Source: Chiloscyllium plagiosum
Lineage: Eukaryota
Length of the DNA stretch: 59,719 nucleotides
Assembly (NCBI RefSeq): GCF_004010195.1
Contig: NC_057718.1
Location: 20,996,157-21,055,875, forward strand
Direction of reading: 5' to 3'
Below are positions 26,661-40,773 of the stretch, piece by piece (the first letter of the stretch is position 1; each line of letters begins with the position of its first letter). The notes under the pieces were generated by a model that was not told where the DNA came from, did no database searches, and was given only the letters and a program-made list of their open reading frames with translations. The translations under genes and the position numbers were made by a program.

Positions 26661-27899
26661 GTTACTGACAAAATTTGTTTACCATGCAGATACACAGGAA
26701 AACTTAGGTATGCCTGTTAATGGAAAGAAATAAAATTACTCTTTGCATAGAGATTACAAGAAAAAAAGATCATTTTGAAAGGTAAAATGTATCCATGTAG
26801 TCAAAGCAGCATAGGAGTTAGGTTGTAGAGCGGTAATGTTAGTGGACCACTAATCCAGGTGATTAGACTAATGATCTAGTGGCATTGCATTCAAATAAAA
26901 AACGATCAATCATCAATAATAGAGTCACTCAACCTACCAAAATCTTGGTAAACTTAATTGGTATTTTCGGTATTTTATGAGGTGTGGATTATACGCGAGT
27001 CCAAACACATAACATTGTAGTTGTTTCATAATTGCTAGAGATGGCCTTACAATTCACAAGTGGTGGTTTAAGGGTAATAAATGGAACACCATGTCCCAAG
27101 AGTAAATGAAAAACATACATACAATTCTTAACTTCAAGGATATGAATCTACATTCATCCTGACAGTTACAGCAATTAAAACAGTCAAATTCATACTTTGT
27201 TTAGCCTGAAGGCTGATGAATGAAATTCCACAAACAACAGCACTGATAAGCCTGAACTGAAAGGTCAAAGGACAGAAATAATATTTGTCATAACAACTTT
27301 CCAGAAGTCCAGATTTATTGGTAGTAATGAAATGAAACTGTCATCATTAGCCATCTGTATTCCACTGACACCTAAAGCAACTTGTAGAGTCTCCATATGC
27401 ACAAAAAATATATAAATTGCTGTCAGTGATTCTACACTTTTAGAGGATGATGATGAGTAAAATCAGTGGAAAATCTATGAATTGATGGGAACTTGCACAT
27501 TATTAGCCTTACAGTAAAAATCCTTTAAAATGGTCACTTTGTTGACTTAGGCCTTTAAACAGTAAGCTAACTTAATAAGTATCACCAAAAAAAAATCACT
27601 TGCCCTGAAAAACTAACTTACATTTCTCGAAAGTCAATTTTCTTCAAATTCCACATATGTTTTAAAACATTCTTTGAAATTTATGATATTTTAGTTCCTC
27701 TCTTAATTGATTTGACAATCAAACATTTAAATTACAAATGAGGAGATTCAGCAGCTTTAACTTCCTGACATGCTTCCTGAATAAATACATCAATGTGATT
27801 TGCTGTTTAGCCTGCTTGCTGATGGTATGGCTGCTGTTGCTGGAGGTCGCCTTTACTTGGCACTAGATTAGACTGATATTAGGCAAGAAAACCAGAGAG

Positions 27900-27998
27900 G
27901 AAAAGTGTGGTGCTGGAAAAACACAGCAGACCAGGCAGCATCCGAGGAGCAGGAGAATCGACGTTTCGGGCATAAGTATCTGCAGTCCTCACCTTCTC
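27900..27998. mobile_element. 99-bp family-A PLE mini-insertion with internal inversion and 16-bp target duplication
   Basis: CAAGAAAACCAGAGAG at 27884-27899 and 27999-28014. A minus-strand piece is followed by the plus-strand terminus ATCTGCAGTCCTCAC. Confidence 0.8.
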
Positions 27999-28126
27999 CA
28001 AGAAAACCAGAGAGATTACCAAGTTTTTGTGGAAATGTTCCTTTGAGGCTAGTGGCAAACATCTTTACCACAACCTGCATAATTTAGCCCAGGAATAACC
28101 AAATCCTTCTGAAAGGTAAAAAGCAG

Positions 28127-28273
28127 ATTTGGAGGTGCCGGTGTTGGACTGGCGTGTACAAAGTTAAAAATCATACAACGCCAGGTTATAGTCCAACAGG
28201 TTTATTTGGAATTACTAGCTTTTGGAGCGCTATTATAAATTCTGCGTCTTATGATCTAATATTCCACAACCAC
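28127..28273 (-). mobile_element. PLE-type tail family C
   Basis: Homologous to 13123-13217. The minus strand begins AGCGCTCCAAAAGCTAG, a remnant resembling hammerhead stem II-GAAA-GCUA. Confidence 0.55.
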
Positions 28274-29754
28274 TATTTTTAACCAAATAGTCCCACTCTC
28301 TTTTTTCCCTAATAGCCTTACAACATTTTCTTACTAAAGCAGTTACAATATCCTTTTGAAAATAATGATTGAATCCAATTTCAGCAACCCTTCAAGTAAG
28401 CCACTCTTGACTGTGATAATTTGCTAAGTAAAAATATTTCTCTTCATCATTCCCTAGCATAATTCCCAGTTGTTGTCAATGTGTGTCCTCTGGTTATCAA
28501 TCTTTCACAATTAGAAAAATAAGCCATTAAGGGCAGGTTCACCTCGAGTAGGAAACTGCTAACTTAGAAAACTTCAATTATAACAAGTGTGAAAGTGATG
28601 CGTTTATCATTGTATCAAGTCATATAACTAAATCTATGTTTAAAATGCAAGTACTTTAAATACTGTTAATTGTTCAAAGATGTGATATTGTACAGTAGTG
28701 AATAAAATTGTCTGAATGCAATTTAGATAGAAATTAAGAACGATCCATTGCTGTCCTTTCTCAGGTACAGTTATGGACAATATATGTTAACACATTACAA
28801 GACAAAAAGCAATTACAATACTACAGGGAGAACCATATCATGGAAGCTATACATGCACACCATTCTTCATCAATGAGTAGAAGAAATATAATTAATCCAT
28901 ATCCACCAAGACAACAAACTAACTGCGAAAATAGAAATTAGGTTATTATAGGTCTGAAATGAATAAAGCACTCTCACAACATGGAGGTTGACAGAAGGAC
29001 ACAACCTGAAAGATTGGGTAGTATTTTACTAATACTACATTCCAAACAAACTTTTGTCAGGAGCCTGCCTACCAAAATTCCGGCTGTACCACAGTTACTA
29101 ACACTTGAAAGGGGTATTACTTGGTTCAAAGTGAAACGTATGATTCGATCCCAATAGGATGTCCCACCTTAAAGCACTTAGCAGCACCAGGTCTGAATCA
29201 CTGTCACTGGTGGCCCACAGGCATTCTATGAAAAAATGTGGTTATGGAAGCGAGACAAAGATGAAGTCTGGGGTACTGACAGGACTTTGCTAGGAGATCC
29301 CAGGGAACGGAGTGAGGGAGTTGGATGGCCAGGTTTAACATGTTATGGGAGGATTAAAAAGAGTTGACAGATCATTCACTGGAGACAGGGACTGCCAAAC
29401 CTGGATGCTCCTCACTCCAGTCCATGCATTAGGACAAGATGATGGGTGACCAACCTGGTGTGGGCTTCCCTTTGCTATAGGCAAGATATCAGCTCTGGAC
29501 CGAAGAGGCCATTATGTTGCCACTGATTGGTATTTAAGGGCTTCAGTAGGCCTAACAGTTAACTGGCCATCTGACATCTATACAGCTCATTCTAAACTTG
29601 GGACATTGGTCAGAGGTGGGTAGGAAGATGGTTGGCAGGCCATGCATTGCATTTTGCTAGCCTTTCCCTGCCTTCAAGCACACTACGTGGATCCATAAAA
29701 TTCAGCCTAGTAACCTTTTATATCTCTTCATAGGTGCTGCCAAACCGGCTGAGT

Positions 29755-30975
29755 CATAGAGATGTACAGCACAAAAACAGTCCCTTCAGTCCAACTCGTC
29801 CATGCTGACCAGATATCCTAATGAAATCTAGTCCCATTTGCCCATATCACTCTAAACCCTTTCAATTTATATACCCATCCAGATGCCTTTTAAATGATGT
29901 AATTGTACCGCCCTCCACCACTTCCTCTGGCAGCTCATTCCATACACACACACCCTCTGCATGAAAAAATTGCCCCTTAGGTCTCTTCTCTATCTTTCCC
30001 CTCTCACCTTAAATCTGTGCCCTCTAGTCCTGGACTCCCCAGGGAAAAGACCTTGTCCATTTATCCTATCCATGCCCTTTATGATTTTATAAACCTCTAT
30101 AAGGTCACCCCTGAGCCTCTGACACTCCAGGGAAAACAACCCCAGCCTCTTCACACCTCTCCCTGTAACTCAAATCCTCCAACCCTGGCAACATTTTTGT
30201 AAATCTTTTCTGAACACTTTCAAGTTTCACAACATCCTTCTGATTGAAAGGAGACCAGAACTGCAAACAATATTCCAAAAGTGGCCGCAACATGACTTGC
30301 CAACCCCTCTTCTCAGTACTCTGACCAATAAAGGAAAGCATACTAAATGCCTTCTTCACGATCCTATCTCTTCTATATTTTGATATCGCCTCCGACTCTA
30401 CTTTCAAGGAGCTATAAGCCTGCACTCCAAGATCTCTTTATTCAGCAACACTCCAAGGACCTTACCATTAAGTGTATAAGTCCTGCAACGATTTGCTTTC
30501 CCAAAATGCAGCACCTCACATTGATCTAAATTAAACTCCATCTGCCACTCCTCAGCCCATTGGCCCATTTGATCAAGATCCCATTGTACACGGAGGTAAC
30601 TTTCTCCGCTGCCCACTACACCTCCAACTCTGGTGTCCTCTGCAAACTTACTAATTATACCTTCTATGTTTACATCCAAATCATTTATATAAATGACGAA
30701 GAGTGCACCTAGCACCGATCCTTGTGCCACACAATTTGGTCACAGGCCTCTGGTGTGAAAAACAACCCACCACCACCCTCTGTCTTCTACCTTCAAGTCA
30801 GTTCTGTATCCAAATAGCTAGTTCTCCCTGTTTTCCATGAGATCTAACCTTGCTTGCCAGCTTCCCTTGAGGAACCTTGTTGAACGCCTTACTGAAGTCC
30901 ATATAGATCATGTCTGCTGCTCTGCCATCATCAATCTTCTTTGTAACTTTTTCAAAAAACTCAATCAAGTTTGTG
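29755..30975 (-). mobile_element. CR1 LINE 3' ~1.2 kb
   Basis: ORFs 30404-30730 (QGSVLG, KFAEDT) and 30105-30425 (RPLLEYCLQFW). Similar to 5757-6876. Confidence 0.88.
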
Positions 30976-31309
30976 TTTTTATTTCAGTTAAACATAGCTC
31001 ATCTCTTTTATAAACCTCACATAATCCTCTGCCAAAGATTCGCAATGGTCTGAGCATTCAGTAATCCTATATATTAACTAAGCCTACTCCTTATATATCA
31101 AATTTTAAGATCTGGTGCAATAATGATTCGGATCTGATCCTTCTACTTAAATCCCTTTGCAATAAGGGCTAACATGCCATTTGTTTGTCTCATCTTATTG
31201 GAAATTAGTGCAGATTAATGTCCTTCCATATGATAATGGCCAATTTAAGCAGGTGTTCGGGGGCAAGAGATCACCTACAAATAGGTAAGATATCAACAGA
31301 AGGACTCAC

Positions 31310-32025
31310 AAAGCATTTTCAAAAAGATATAAATAGATTGAATGAGTGGACAAATGTAGTATAATGTGGGAAAAATTAACATTGTCCACTTTGCAGAAAA
31401 CAGAATAGTTTTAACTGAGAGTGACTGCAGAATGCTGCATTACAGATGGATCTAATTAAGCTTGTAAATGAATGCCAAAATGTTAGCACGCAATTACAGA
31501 AAATAATTAATAAGGAAAATAGAGTATTGGCCTGTACAGGGTAGTGGTGAGTACTGTATACAGTTGTGAACTTTTTGCTTAAGGAGGGATATACTTACAT
31601 AAAGCGTTAAAAGGGGTTCACTCGGCTGAATCCTGAAATGAAGGGGTTGTAATATTCTGAAGGAGTTTGATGGGATACATACTGGAATAATGGTTACCCT
31701 CATGTGGGAGACTAAATCTAGCAGGTCAGGTTTAAAACTTAGGAACTCCCATTTGAGATGGAGTTGAGGAATTTATTTTCTGGGAGGGTTTACTTTGGAA
31801 TTTGGTTTTTAGAATTGTCTTCCACAGGGAACAGGATAGGCTGCGTCATCAATTACATTAAAGGTCAAAGTTAGATTTTTAATTGACAAAGCAGTTGAGG
31901 GTTCTGAGGGATAGGCAAAAATGTGGAGTAAAGGTGACAGTCAGGTCAGCTATGACCTCATCACAGCAGGGCAGGCTTGATAGGCCGAATAGCTTATTCC
32001 TGCTCCTATTTTTTGTGATCTTGTA
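31310..32025 (+). mobile_element. Old CR1 3' fragment
   Basis: Degenerate RT C-terminus and GGCCGAATAGCTTATTCCTGCTCCTAT tail. Confidence 0.7.
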
Positions 32026-32079
32026 ATCCTAATATGCCCATCTTTTAATGGTATCATATTACAGACACCTGAGAGGATT

Positions 32080-32241
32080 AACAAAACTTCATCTTAACAC
32101 CTCATCTTAAAAACATATTTAAAAAAAAATAGCACTCTCTCAGCACTCCACTGAAGTGGAGATTATGTGCTCAATTCCTGAAGTGGGATTTGAACCTATA
32201 ACTTCTAACAAAGGCAACAGTGCTACCACTGGGTCATGGCT
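32080..32241 (-). mobile_element. SacSINE1-like SINE 5' part
   Basis: Reverse complement GCCATGACCCAGTGGTAGCAC...GGTTCAAATCCCAC (A and B boxes); similar to 40222. Confidence 0.55.
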
Positions 32242-32807
32242 TAAAACAAAAGGAGAGACAATTCAGAGGATTCAGTGAAGAAGAGAAGAACATAGTTAAA
32301 TTTAAGAAATGCTAACAATGAACCTATAACAAGAAAACTGGCCAAAGGATTCACAAAACATTGCTAATTTCCAACATAAGCCAGCAGTAAGCTAAAAAGA
32401 GGACATTGCCACATTCCAGAATTCAGGAGGTATTGTCACTATTTAATCAGTGATTCACTAATCCAAGTTTAAATTGTAAATCAATAAAAATCCAACTGTA
32501 AAATATCAGCCTGACAAATGAAATTGACCAGTAATTTTAAAAAATCTGCCTTAATTAAGGCCATATACTACGTTTTTCTCAAATATCAATGTCCAAAACA
32601 ACAAAATGCAACACACACCTATGATCTTATAGCATGAGTAACAAGATCATATTTAGTTATTCCAAAACAAGCTTTGCACTATACATGTTATATCTTCAAC
32701 TAATTCAATGTGAACTAGCCTTGGCAACAAACTTGTTTGACTTGCCATCTCAAATGATACTGATGGTCTTTAATGTCTTGACAGGGTTAACAATAAAAAT
32801 TACTTAC

Positions 32808-33084
32808 TGTGCTCTTTGCCTTGTCCTGCAGTGGTGCACACGCTGGCTTGTGGAGTGACTGGCATCAAGGCCTGACGAATGGCCTTCTCCCAGCTCTGAG
32901 CAACATCTAAACCTACTCCTGTGGCTGCCAGGGCATGATTCTGGTAGTTGCCTCCGAGATTCTCTCCAACATAATAAACCATGGTGTCAGTTATGATCTC
33001 AAAGCAGTGAGGGTTGCTGCCTTGAGCCAGATTTGTAAAATCCCGAGGTGGATCCAACTGCAGGATTTCTGACAGTGGGATTTC
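32808..33084 (-). CDS. PRKD3: Protein kinase D3 internal exon, C-terminal part of PH domain (EIPLSEILQLDPPRDFTNLAQGSNPHCFEIITDTMVYYVGEN...SWEKAIRQALMPVTPQASVCTTAGQGKEH)
   Basis: 277 nt (92 codons +1), cttag acceptor and gtaagt donor on the minus strand. Translation closely matches the vertebrate PKD3 PH domain as I recall it (RDFTN, DTMVY, TGVGLDVAQSWEKAIRQALMPVTPQASVC). Confidence 0.96.
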
Positions 33085-33747
33085 CTAAGTGAGAGAGATC
33101 AAAGACCTGCCTTAGAAAGAGTCTGCAAACATTAGAAGAGTCTGTTTTCAAAACTGCCTGAGCTGTTAGCAGGCAATGTGAATAAGTCTAGAAATATATT
33201 CTGTCTTTTAATAAGCTGCTGATTATGTGCACAACCAACCCAAGAATGTTCAGCCAATGAGCCTGAATCATTTCTTGACTTCCTGTTCAATCTCATGGTG
33301 TACAACTTGTAATGAAGGTTGTGGTGGTTAAAGTAGAGACAGATGCAAAGATATTAGCACGTCGCTAAAATTAGACGCAGTGTTTTAGCCTTTCATGAGC
33401 TGACACTACGCAAAAGTTTTACATAGATGATCATACTAACGGACTTCAGCTGATGTGAAGTACTGATGGACTGATGTTGAATCAGTAACTCTCCTTAAAT
33501 AATTATGGGGAAATCCCCACACAGATAGCGACAAAGACTGGTAAAATCCCATGCAAAGAGACCATCATTTTAGAATTAGCTGTATAAAACTGAGAGGAAC
33601 TGATAAAATGCTAAATACATTGATAATATAGCAATTTTTGTGTTACTCTCTGTGGAAATTATGTTGACGTCCCATTGAAGGCTCAACAAACTAAGTTTTA
33701 TGAAACATTTGCTATGTAGCTATCATTTCCATGTATTTATTTATTAT

Positions 33748-34054
33748 GATTAGATTAGATTAGATTACTTACAGTGTTTAAACAGGCCAACAGTCCACCA
33801 ACCCTCCGAAGAACAACCCAGCCAGACCCATTACCCTACATTTACCCCTTCACCTAACACTACAGGCAATTTAGCATGGCCAATTCACCTAACCTGCACA
33901 TTTTTGGACTGTGGGAGGAAACTGGAGCACCTGGAGGAAACCCACGCAGACAGGGAGAGAATGCGCAACTCCACACAGTCAGTTGCCTGAAGCGGGAATA
34001 GAACCCGGGTCTCTGGTGCTGTGAGGCAGCAGTGCTAACCACTGTGCCACCATG
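33748..34054 (-). mobile_element. HE1 SINE
   Basis: (GATTA)n tail, V-domain and tRNA head. Confidence 0.9.
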
Positions 34055-36489
34055 TGAAAGTTTGGACCATAACAGCGTATTAGTTTTGCACATTCAAAAG
34101 ATTTTCAAGTCCCACTATTATTGGTAATAAATCATCAAAAAAGACCGAAAATGGATGACCAACTCATTACATAGCTATATCATATTCATACGCTACCTTA
34201 AGTGATAATTAACAGAAGAAACACAACTTTATCTACACTTAAATATGCATGAAACGCAGTTCAACACAGACATATGGAGTAACTGAAGTTTTGTTCATAA
34301 TTTCCTCTCAGTCTGTTCAACTGCTCCAATTATGTGGTGGTGATGTAATAGCAGAAAGAGTGAAGGAAGCAGCTAAGATACTTTAGCATAAAATAACTCC
34401 ACAGATGTTGTTTGAGAGTCCAAAACTAAATGAATGAGAACATACTGCAGGGATTAGTCATAGTAAGGATTAGATTCCTTAAAGAAAAAAATACTGTGAA
34501 AGAAAGCAAACAGGTAATTTCTGTCACAACGCAATGTAAAAATGGGTTTGTTCAAAGACTCGGAAGTAAAGATTGCACTAAATTAAAATACAACTTGGTA
34601 AAATGAATTATAGTCATAAATGTGTTTCTATACGAACAAATATTATAAAGTACCTCTGTTACCTCCCAATCACCATAAACTTCAAATTTAAAACTACCCT
34701 GAACATATCTTGTTCAATCTTGCACAGCCATTAGCCCCTTTGAGCTATAATAGATCCCGATTCCTCAATGTGTCAAGATTTAAATTCTTTGTGTTTTAAA
34801 TCCTCCATGGTTTGAAATATACCACTCCGTTCTAGTGACCTTGGCCAGCTTTAAACTCTGACTCTGGCATTTATGGGTTCAGAAGCTTATGGCCTGGATT
34901 TCCCTCTTTAAATTCAACATCTCTCAACCATGTTCTCCTTTTCAAAACCATCATTAAAACATAATCTCTGACAAAACTTTTGGGTCACCACTCCAAACAT
35001 TGTCTGCTTTGATTGCCTTCTCAGGGCAACTAGGGATTCACAATGATGATAACCTTCCAGCATTGCCCAAATCTCAGAAATAAATAAAAGATTCTCGAGA
35101 TAGTCCACCCACCACCACAACTTCCCTCCCCATGGCATTGTTTATAATGTATTGGAGAGCAGGTTTGTTGCTAAAGGTACAGCATTTTAAGACCAATGTT
35201 TCACATAATACTGTTCATCGTATACACTATTACATCCAGACAAAATATAATATTTGTCACATACTTTTCTCTACCAATCTCTTATTCTTTCCTTCTCTTG
35301 TATTTCTAACTTCGTCTTTTTTCAAGCAATTTTTCTTATTCTGTTTATCTTTCTCTTTCACATGTTCTTCCACCATTTCCTCTCTCTCTCTCTTGCTTTC
35401 GATCTCTTAAACACAACTAGAAAGGCACAGTACCTTGTGCCCACTCGTGCTTTCAATCATCCATGCTCATGCTCAATCTAAAATCTTTTCTCTCCCTCAG
35501 TATACCGACAACCAATATATTCCATAACATTATAACGTCAGCCATAACTGTCCTACCTTAATTGATTTCTAAATCTCAGATTAATAATAGATATTTGTCA
35601 TGTATATTTGGTCTTCTGGATACCATCCAATGCCTCACAAAAACCACTGCACATGTACATCACATATTTCTATTAAAAAATGTCTATTCTTATGAGCAAG
35701 AAGGTCATATCTTACATTCAAAAAAAGGGTACTTTTATTGACACAACTGATCACCTTATTTGATTAACTTCATTTGTGCCAGTCATCTAAATATAAAAGA
35801 AATGTGCTCCCTTGTAAACATTAGTATTTATGTAAGAAACAAAACCAACACCAAATATCTGAGCTAAGTTTAAGGAAAATGTGATATCCCCATCACTGGG
35901 CATAATGCCAAAAGATGGGAGGCTCTTAATCTCTGAAGACAAATTCTGAATAATAGTTCATCATATTTACACCACGGAAACTGATGATCAAAACTATGTT
36001 AAGGATCTTAATCAAAGTAATAAGCACTCTGAGGAATGAGACTTTTACAGGTTTCATATGAATGCATGAATGACCGTACAAAAGCTGACAAATACATACA
36101 TGACTGAGGATTAGTCACTTGACATTTATTCACACCAAGGTCAGATAAATAAACTATATTTAATATAAAAAAGGACAAACAAAGATTCAACCTTTATTTT
36201 GCCTTTCCAACTTCAATATATCGGCCACTGTTTTGAGATGAAAAAAGGTCAATGGTCTAAAGTCACTGAGTCAATGAAGCTAAATACCAAGCAAGTAGTA
36301 TAGGCATAGGATGGCCGATACAGTTCTGCCTAATATGAATTGCTATCCCAATATCTCATTTTGAAATTATGCTGTACACAAATTTGTCACTTAATTTCCT
36401 GTGGCACAACAAAGGCCACAATTCAAAAGTGTTACACTAGCTGTAAATCTTCATGATCGCATTCCGGATCATGAAATTTCTAGACAAAT

Positions 36490-37075
36490 AGTGGGTGCAA
36501 TTCTAGCCTCCCTGCTATAGGAAGGAAGTTGTGAAACTTGAAAGGGTTCAGAAAAGATTTACAAGGATGTTTCCAGGTTTGGAGAATTTGAGCTATCGGG
36601 AGAGGCTGAATAGGCTGGGGCTATTTTCTCTGGAGCGCTGGAGGCTGAGGGGTGACCACATAGAAGTTTATGAAATCATGACGGGCATGGATAGGGTGAG
36701 CAGCCAAGGTCCTTTCCCTGGGGTGGGGCAGTCTAAAACTTGAGGGCATAGATTTCAGGTGAAAGGGTAAATATTTACAAAGGGGCCGAAGGTGTAACAT
36801 TTTCATGCAGAGGGTGGTGGTGCGTGTACGAAATGTGCTACCAGAGGAAATGATGCAGGCTGGTACAATTACAACATTTAAAAGTCATCCAGATGGGTAC
36901 ATGAATAGGAACACCTTGGAGGGATATGAGCCAAATTCTGGTAAACAGGTATAGATTAATTTAGGATATCTGGCTTGCAAGGACAACTTGAAACAAAGGT
37001 TCTGTTTCTGTGCTATGTACCTCTGATTCAAGTTGGATCGAAGGGTCTATTTCCATGTTGCTCTTTTCTACAACT
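36490..37075 (+). mobile_element. CR1 3' fragment
   Basis: ORF 36531-36743 LERVQKRFTRMFPGL...LGLFSLE. Confidence 0.85.
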
Positions 37076-38084
37076 GTAAATGAAAGTTAATTTTTTTTTT
37101 GCTTTGAATTCTGTCCTTCTATTTGAATTCACAGGGCAATACATGCTACAATCATTCTATCATTTTACTTTCTTATCTTGCAGATACCAATAAAGCAGTA
37201 CATTTGACTTTATTAGAGTAAAAGTAGAGTCTCATTTTGTAAATTATGTAATTATATAATAGTTTACTATTTGCAGCAGTGAAGAGTCCATCCTACGAGT
37301 ACATTCATCCACAGTCAGAACATTAGCAGATAAAGTGAGAAAACTAATCAGTGAAGACTGGTCAAAGAGCTTTGTCACTAGTCAGTCTTTTACTGCCAAC
37401 ACAATCTCCCACCCGCCCCCCCCATCTCTACCCAGACTGTAATCAGGTAGGCTGTCCACCACAAAGACAGGTAACCAATTATGTAAACTGTCAGTGTTTT
37501 GCTGACAGTGGAAAGATCAAAACCCTGCAGAATGAATACAGAGCCAACTAAATGGAGGTAACCACCCAGTGGCAAATGAGGGAGCTGAAGAGAGCACTTG
37601 TTTTAAGTGAAGAAAGGGTATCAGGGAGGTAAAGCGGCACTTGCGGCTCAGTTATTTCCTTGGAGGGAATTCCTTTCCAGTAACTGGCTTCTCAAATGTT
37701 TCAGTTTAGCATTTTCCTATCTCCGGAATGCAGCAGACCTCCAGTCTTCATCAGTAGTGTCCACCACTCCTGGTGATGCTCTTGAACCATTGTTTCTCTA
37801 ACTGGACCAGCTAGTTGATTGTCAGTAACACCAACTCATATTTTCTGTTGATATTGGCTTATCCATCCATCGCAAAACCCAGACCATCAGTTCAGACATG
37901 GAATTGGAATATTTAGCTATTTTGTCAGATAAGCAAGATGACATACATTATAATCATTTCATTATATTTTGGTGGTAGTGTTTTCTACTTCCTTCAACAT
38001 CTACTTCTAAGCCCACACTCTTCCATGTAATCTTCTCCAGCTAGTGATTTATCTTCATTTTATTCTGAAGGTATTTTATAAATA

Positions 38085-39437
38085 CATTAAAGAGGCTAAC
38101 TAGGGAAAGAGCAGGACCCATTAGGGACCAAGGGGGCAACCTACGTGTGAAACTGCAGGATATTGGAAGCATGTTGACTGAATACTTCTCTTTCGTCTTT
38201 ACTGAACATAGGTACGGAGTTTGGAAAAGGGACTGTAAGGAACTGTCACAATTTGACATAACAAATGGGAACCATTGAACATTCAGTCAGGTTTAAAAAC
38301 AGAAATCCCTGGCCTGGATGAACTGCATCCCAGGCTGCAGTGGGAGGTGAGGCAGGAAATTGCAGGGGCTCTGACACAAATATTTAATTCCTTTCTGGCT
38401 ACAGGTGAGGTGCTAGAGGATTGGAGGATGGCTAATTTTGTTCCATTTTTTAAGATGGATGGTAAAGATGAACCAGGAAGTTTCAGATCAGTGAGTCTTA
38501 CATCTGCGGTAGGGAGATTATTGGGGAAAACTCTGAAGGAGTAAATTAATACTCACATGGAAAAGTATGGGTTAACTAGCAATAGTGATCATGTCAGAGG
38601 GATGTCATGCCTAACAAAGTTGTTAGAATCTTTCAAAAATGTGATCAAGTGTGTGGGTGAGGGAAGTCCAGTTGATGTAATTTATATGGATTTTATCAAA
38701 GCTTTTTACAAGGTCCAAATGGGAGAATGATTGAGATAGTTGAAGCATAAGGAATTGATGGAAACTTGGCGTGTTGGATCAGAAACTGGATTAGGACACA
38801 AAGGATAGTGGTGGAAGGCTGTTTTAAAGACTAGCGGCCGGTGTCCTGCAGTGTATGACAAGGATCAGTACTGGGGCACTTGTTTGTTATACATAAATAA
38901 TATGGATGAATGTTCAGCAAATTTGCAGATGACACCAAGATTGGTAGAGTAGTTAACAGCCAAGATGGTTGTAGGTTACAGGAAGTTATAGAACCCTGGC
39001 AACATCCTTGTAAATCTCTTCTGAACCCTTTCAATTTTCACATTTTGACCAGTGAAGATGGCATTTAACTCTGATAAGTGCAAGGTAATGTACCTTGGAA
39101 GACGAAACAAGATGAAGGAGTGTTTAAATGAATGGCAGGACACTGGGTAACTTAGAGCAACAGAGGGATCTCTGGGTCATTATTCACAGATCCTTGAAGT
39201 TGGCAGAGCACGTGAATAGGATAGTTAAGGCGGCATATAGGATACTTGCATTCATCTGGAATGCTTTGTCTGGAAAGGTAGTAGAGGTTGGAAACTTTAT
39301 AACCATTTAAAAATATTTGGATGAATACTTCTAATAGCATAACTCTAAGGATTATGGGGAAAGTGCACAAAATTAGGATTAGTGCACTTTTAGTGGCAGT
39401 TATGTCAGTGCAGACTCAATGGGCTGAGGGACCTTTT
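38085..39437 (+). mobile_element. CR1 LINE fragment with internal deletions and a short inverted piece at ~38990-39040
   Basis: PGLDELHPR, RSVSLTS, YMDFIKAF and KFADDTK motifs. Confidence 0.83.
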
Positions 39438-39751
39438 CTGCACTGTATGAATCTATGAGAAGCCACAACAACTCTTCCCCAATCTGTTAGAGGGCAAAAA
39501 CCAAATGCTTAGAAGGGAATCCATTTAGAGGAATCTTCCTGGTGCCTTATAATATGGGGAAATCCCGAGCATGCAAGTCGGTTTAGATATGAGCCCCTTG
39601 GGAAAGTCCAAGAATGAAGTTCACTTCAGATAAGAGTCTGATCTGAGAAAGAACAAGTATTGAAAAAATAAATGGAGAAACCCCTATCTCTGTGCTGTGC
39701 AGTGGCTTGAGAATGATAACAAGAAAGTTTTCTATCCTATATTCGAACAAT

Positions 39752-39880
39752 GAAATAAAACAAAGAACTGTGGATGCTGGAGATCTGAAACAAACAAAAA
39801 CAGAATCTTCTGGAAAACCTCAGCAGGTCTGGCAGCATCTGAGGAGAGAAAACAGTGTTAATGTTTCAAATTCAGTTCTA
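39752..39880 (-). mobile_element. Family-D PLE-type tail
   Basis: Homologous to 26462-26570 and to the reverse complement of 16955-17070. Confidence 0.6.
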
Positions 39881-40221
39881 AAGGGGGCTTACTGGACCAA
39901 AAGGAGTCCTAGACTCCATCAGACAACCATGCAAACAAATTGTTTATATGGCATATGGTTCTTTAAAAAGCATCACGGTCTTATCACTTTCTGTTTTGTG
40001 ATCTAAATTAAAAGAAACTGTTTAAGAGGCAATTCAGTTCTGATCTGTCCACTCATATGCACATCAACTTGATAAGAAAATGATAATGTGATTCAAATCC
40101 ATAACTGATCTGTTATTCTGGTACTCTAAAAAGGACAAACTTAGTAAATATCAAAATTCACAAAGTCCATCTTTGTCCAACTTAGCTCAGTTATAAGTCA
40201 ATTTAAGGTGAAAATACAAGT

Positions 40222-40420
40222 GTCAGCTGTGACTCAGTTGGTAGCACTCTCAACTCTGAGTCAGATTATTCAAGTCCCACTTCAAGAATTCAGTACAGAA
40301 ATCAAGGCTGACACTCCACTGCAGTCCTGAAGGCAACTTTGGAATGAGATGTTAAACTGAAGTCCCATTTGCTTTCTTGGGTGAAAGTAAAATATACAAT
40401 GGTACTATTTTGACAGAGTA
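40222..40420 (+). mobile_element. SacSINE1-like tRNA/Deu SINE 5' part
   Basis: GTCAGCTGTGACTCAGTTGGTAGCACTCTC head, TTCAAGTCCCAC B-box remnant, GGCTGACACTCC and GATGTTAAAC body motifs. Confidence 0.65.
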
Positions 40421-40773
40421 GAGAAGAGGCTAGGATGAAGGAGTGTAGGTAAGATAATGGAAGGAAGTCAAATGGGTGAAGGGAACAAAGGAGTTGGTTG
40501 GATGGAGAGAGGGAAATAGTGTAAGGGGAGTTCTGTGCATTGTGCATCGAGACAAAAATGCTTGTTAGCCACTTTTGACCTTGACATATGGGGCATGGAT
40601 CAATGTCTAGTGGATGTTTGCAGTCAGATGCTTAGGATAACAACTTTCATCTCACAAACTTAAAAAGTGTTCTTTGAGGTTGTTTCAACAAACTCTCCAG
40701 CATCTGATCTCTGGGGGGAATTTTCAGAGTTAGCTAATATTGTTGTAATAAGGACAATGATTTATGATTTAAT

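Noticed and set aside
29017..29708. Possible MITE with GGGxxGxATTTTA-like termini
   Set aside because: The terminal match is weak and no target duplication is visible; insufficient support without a repeat library.
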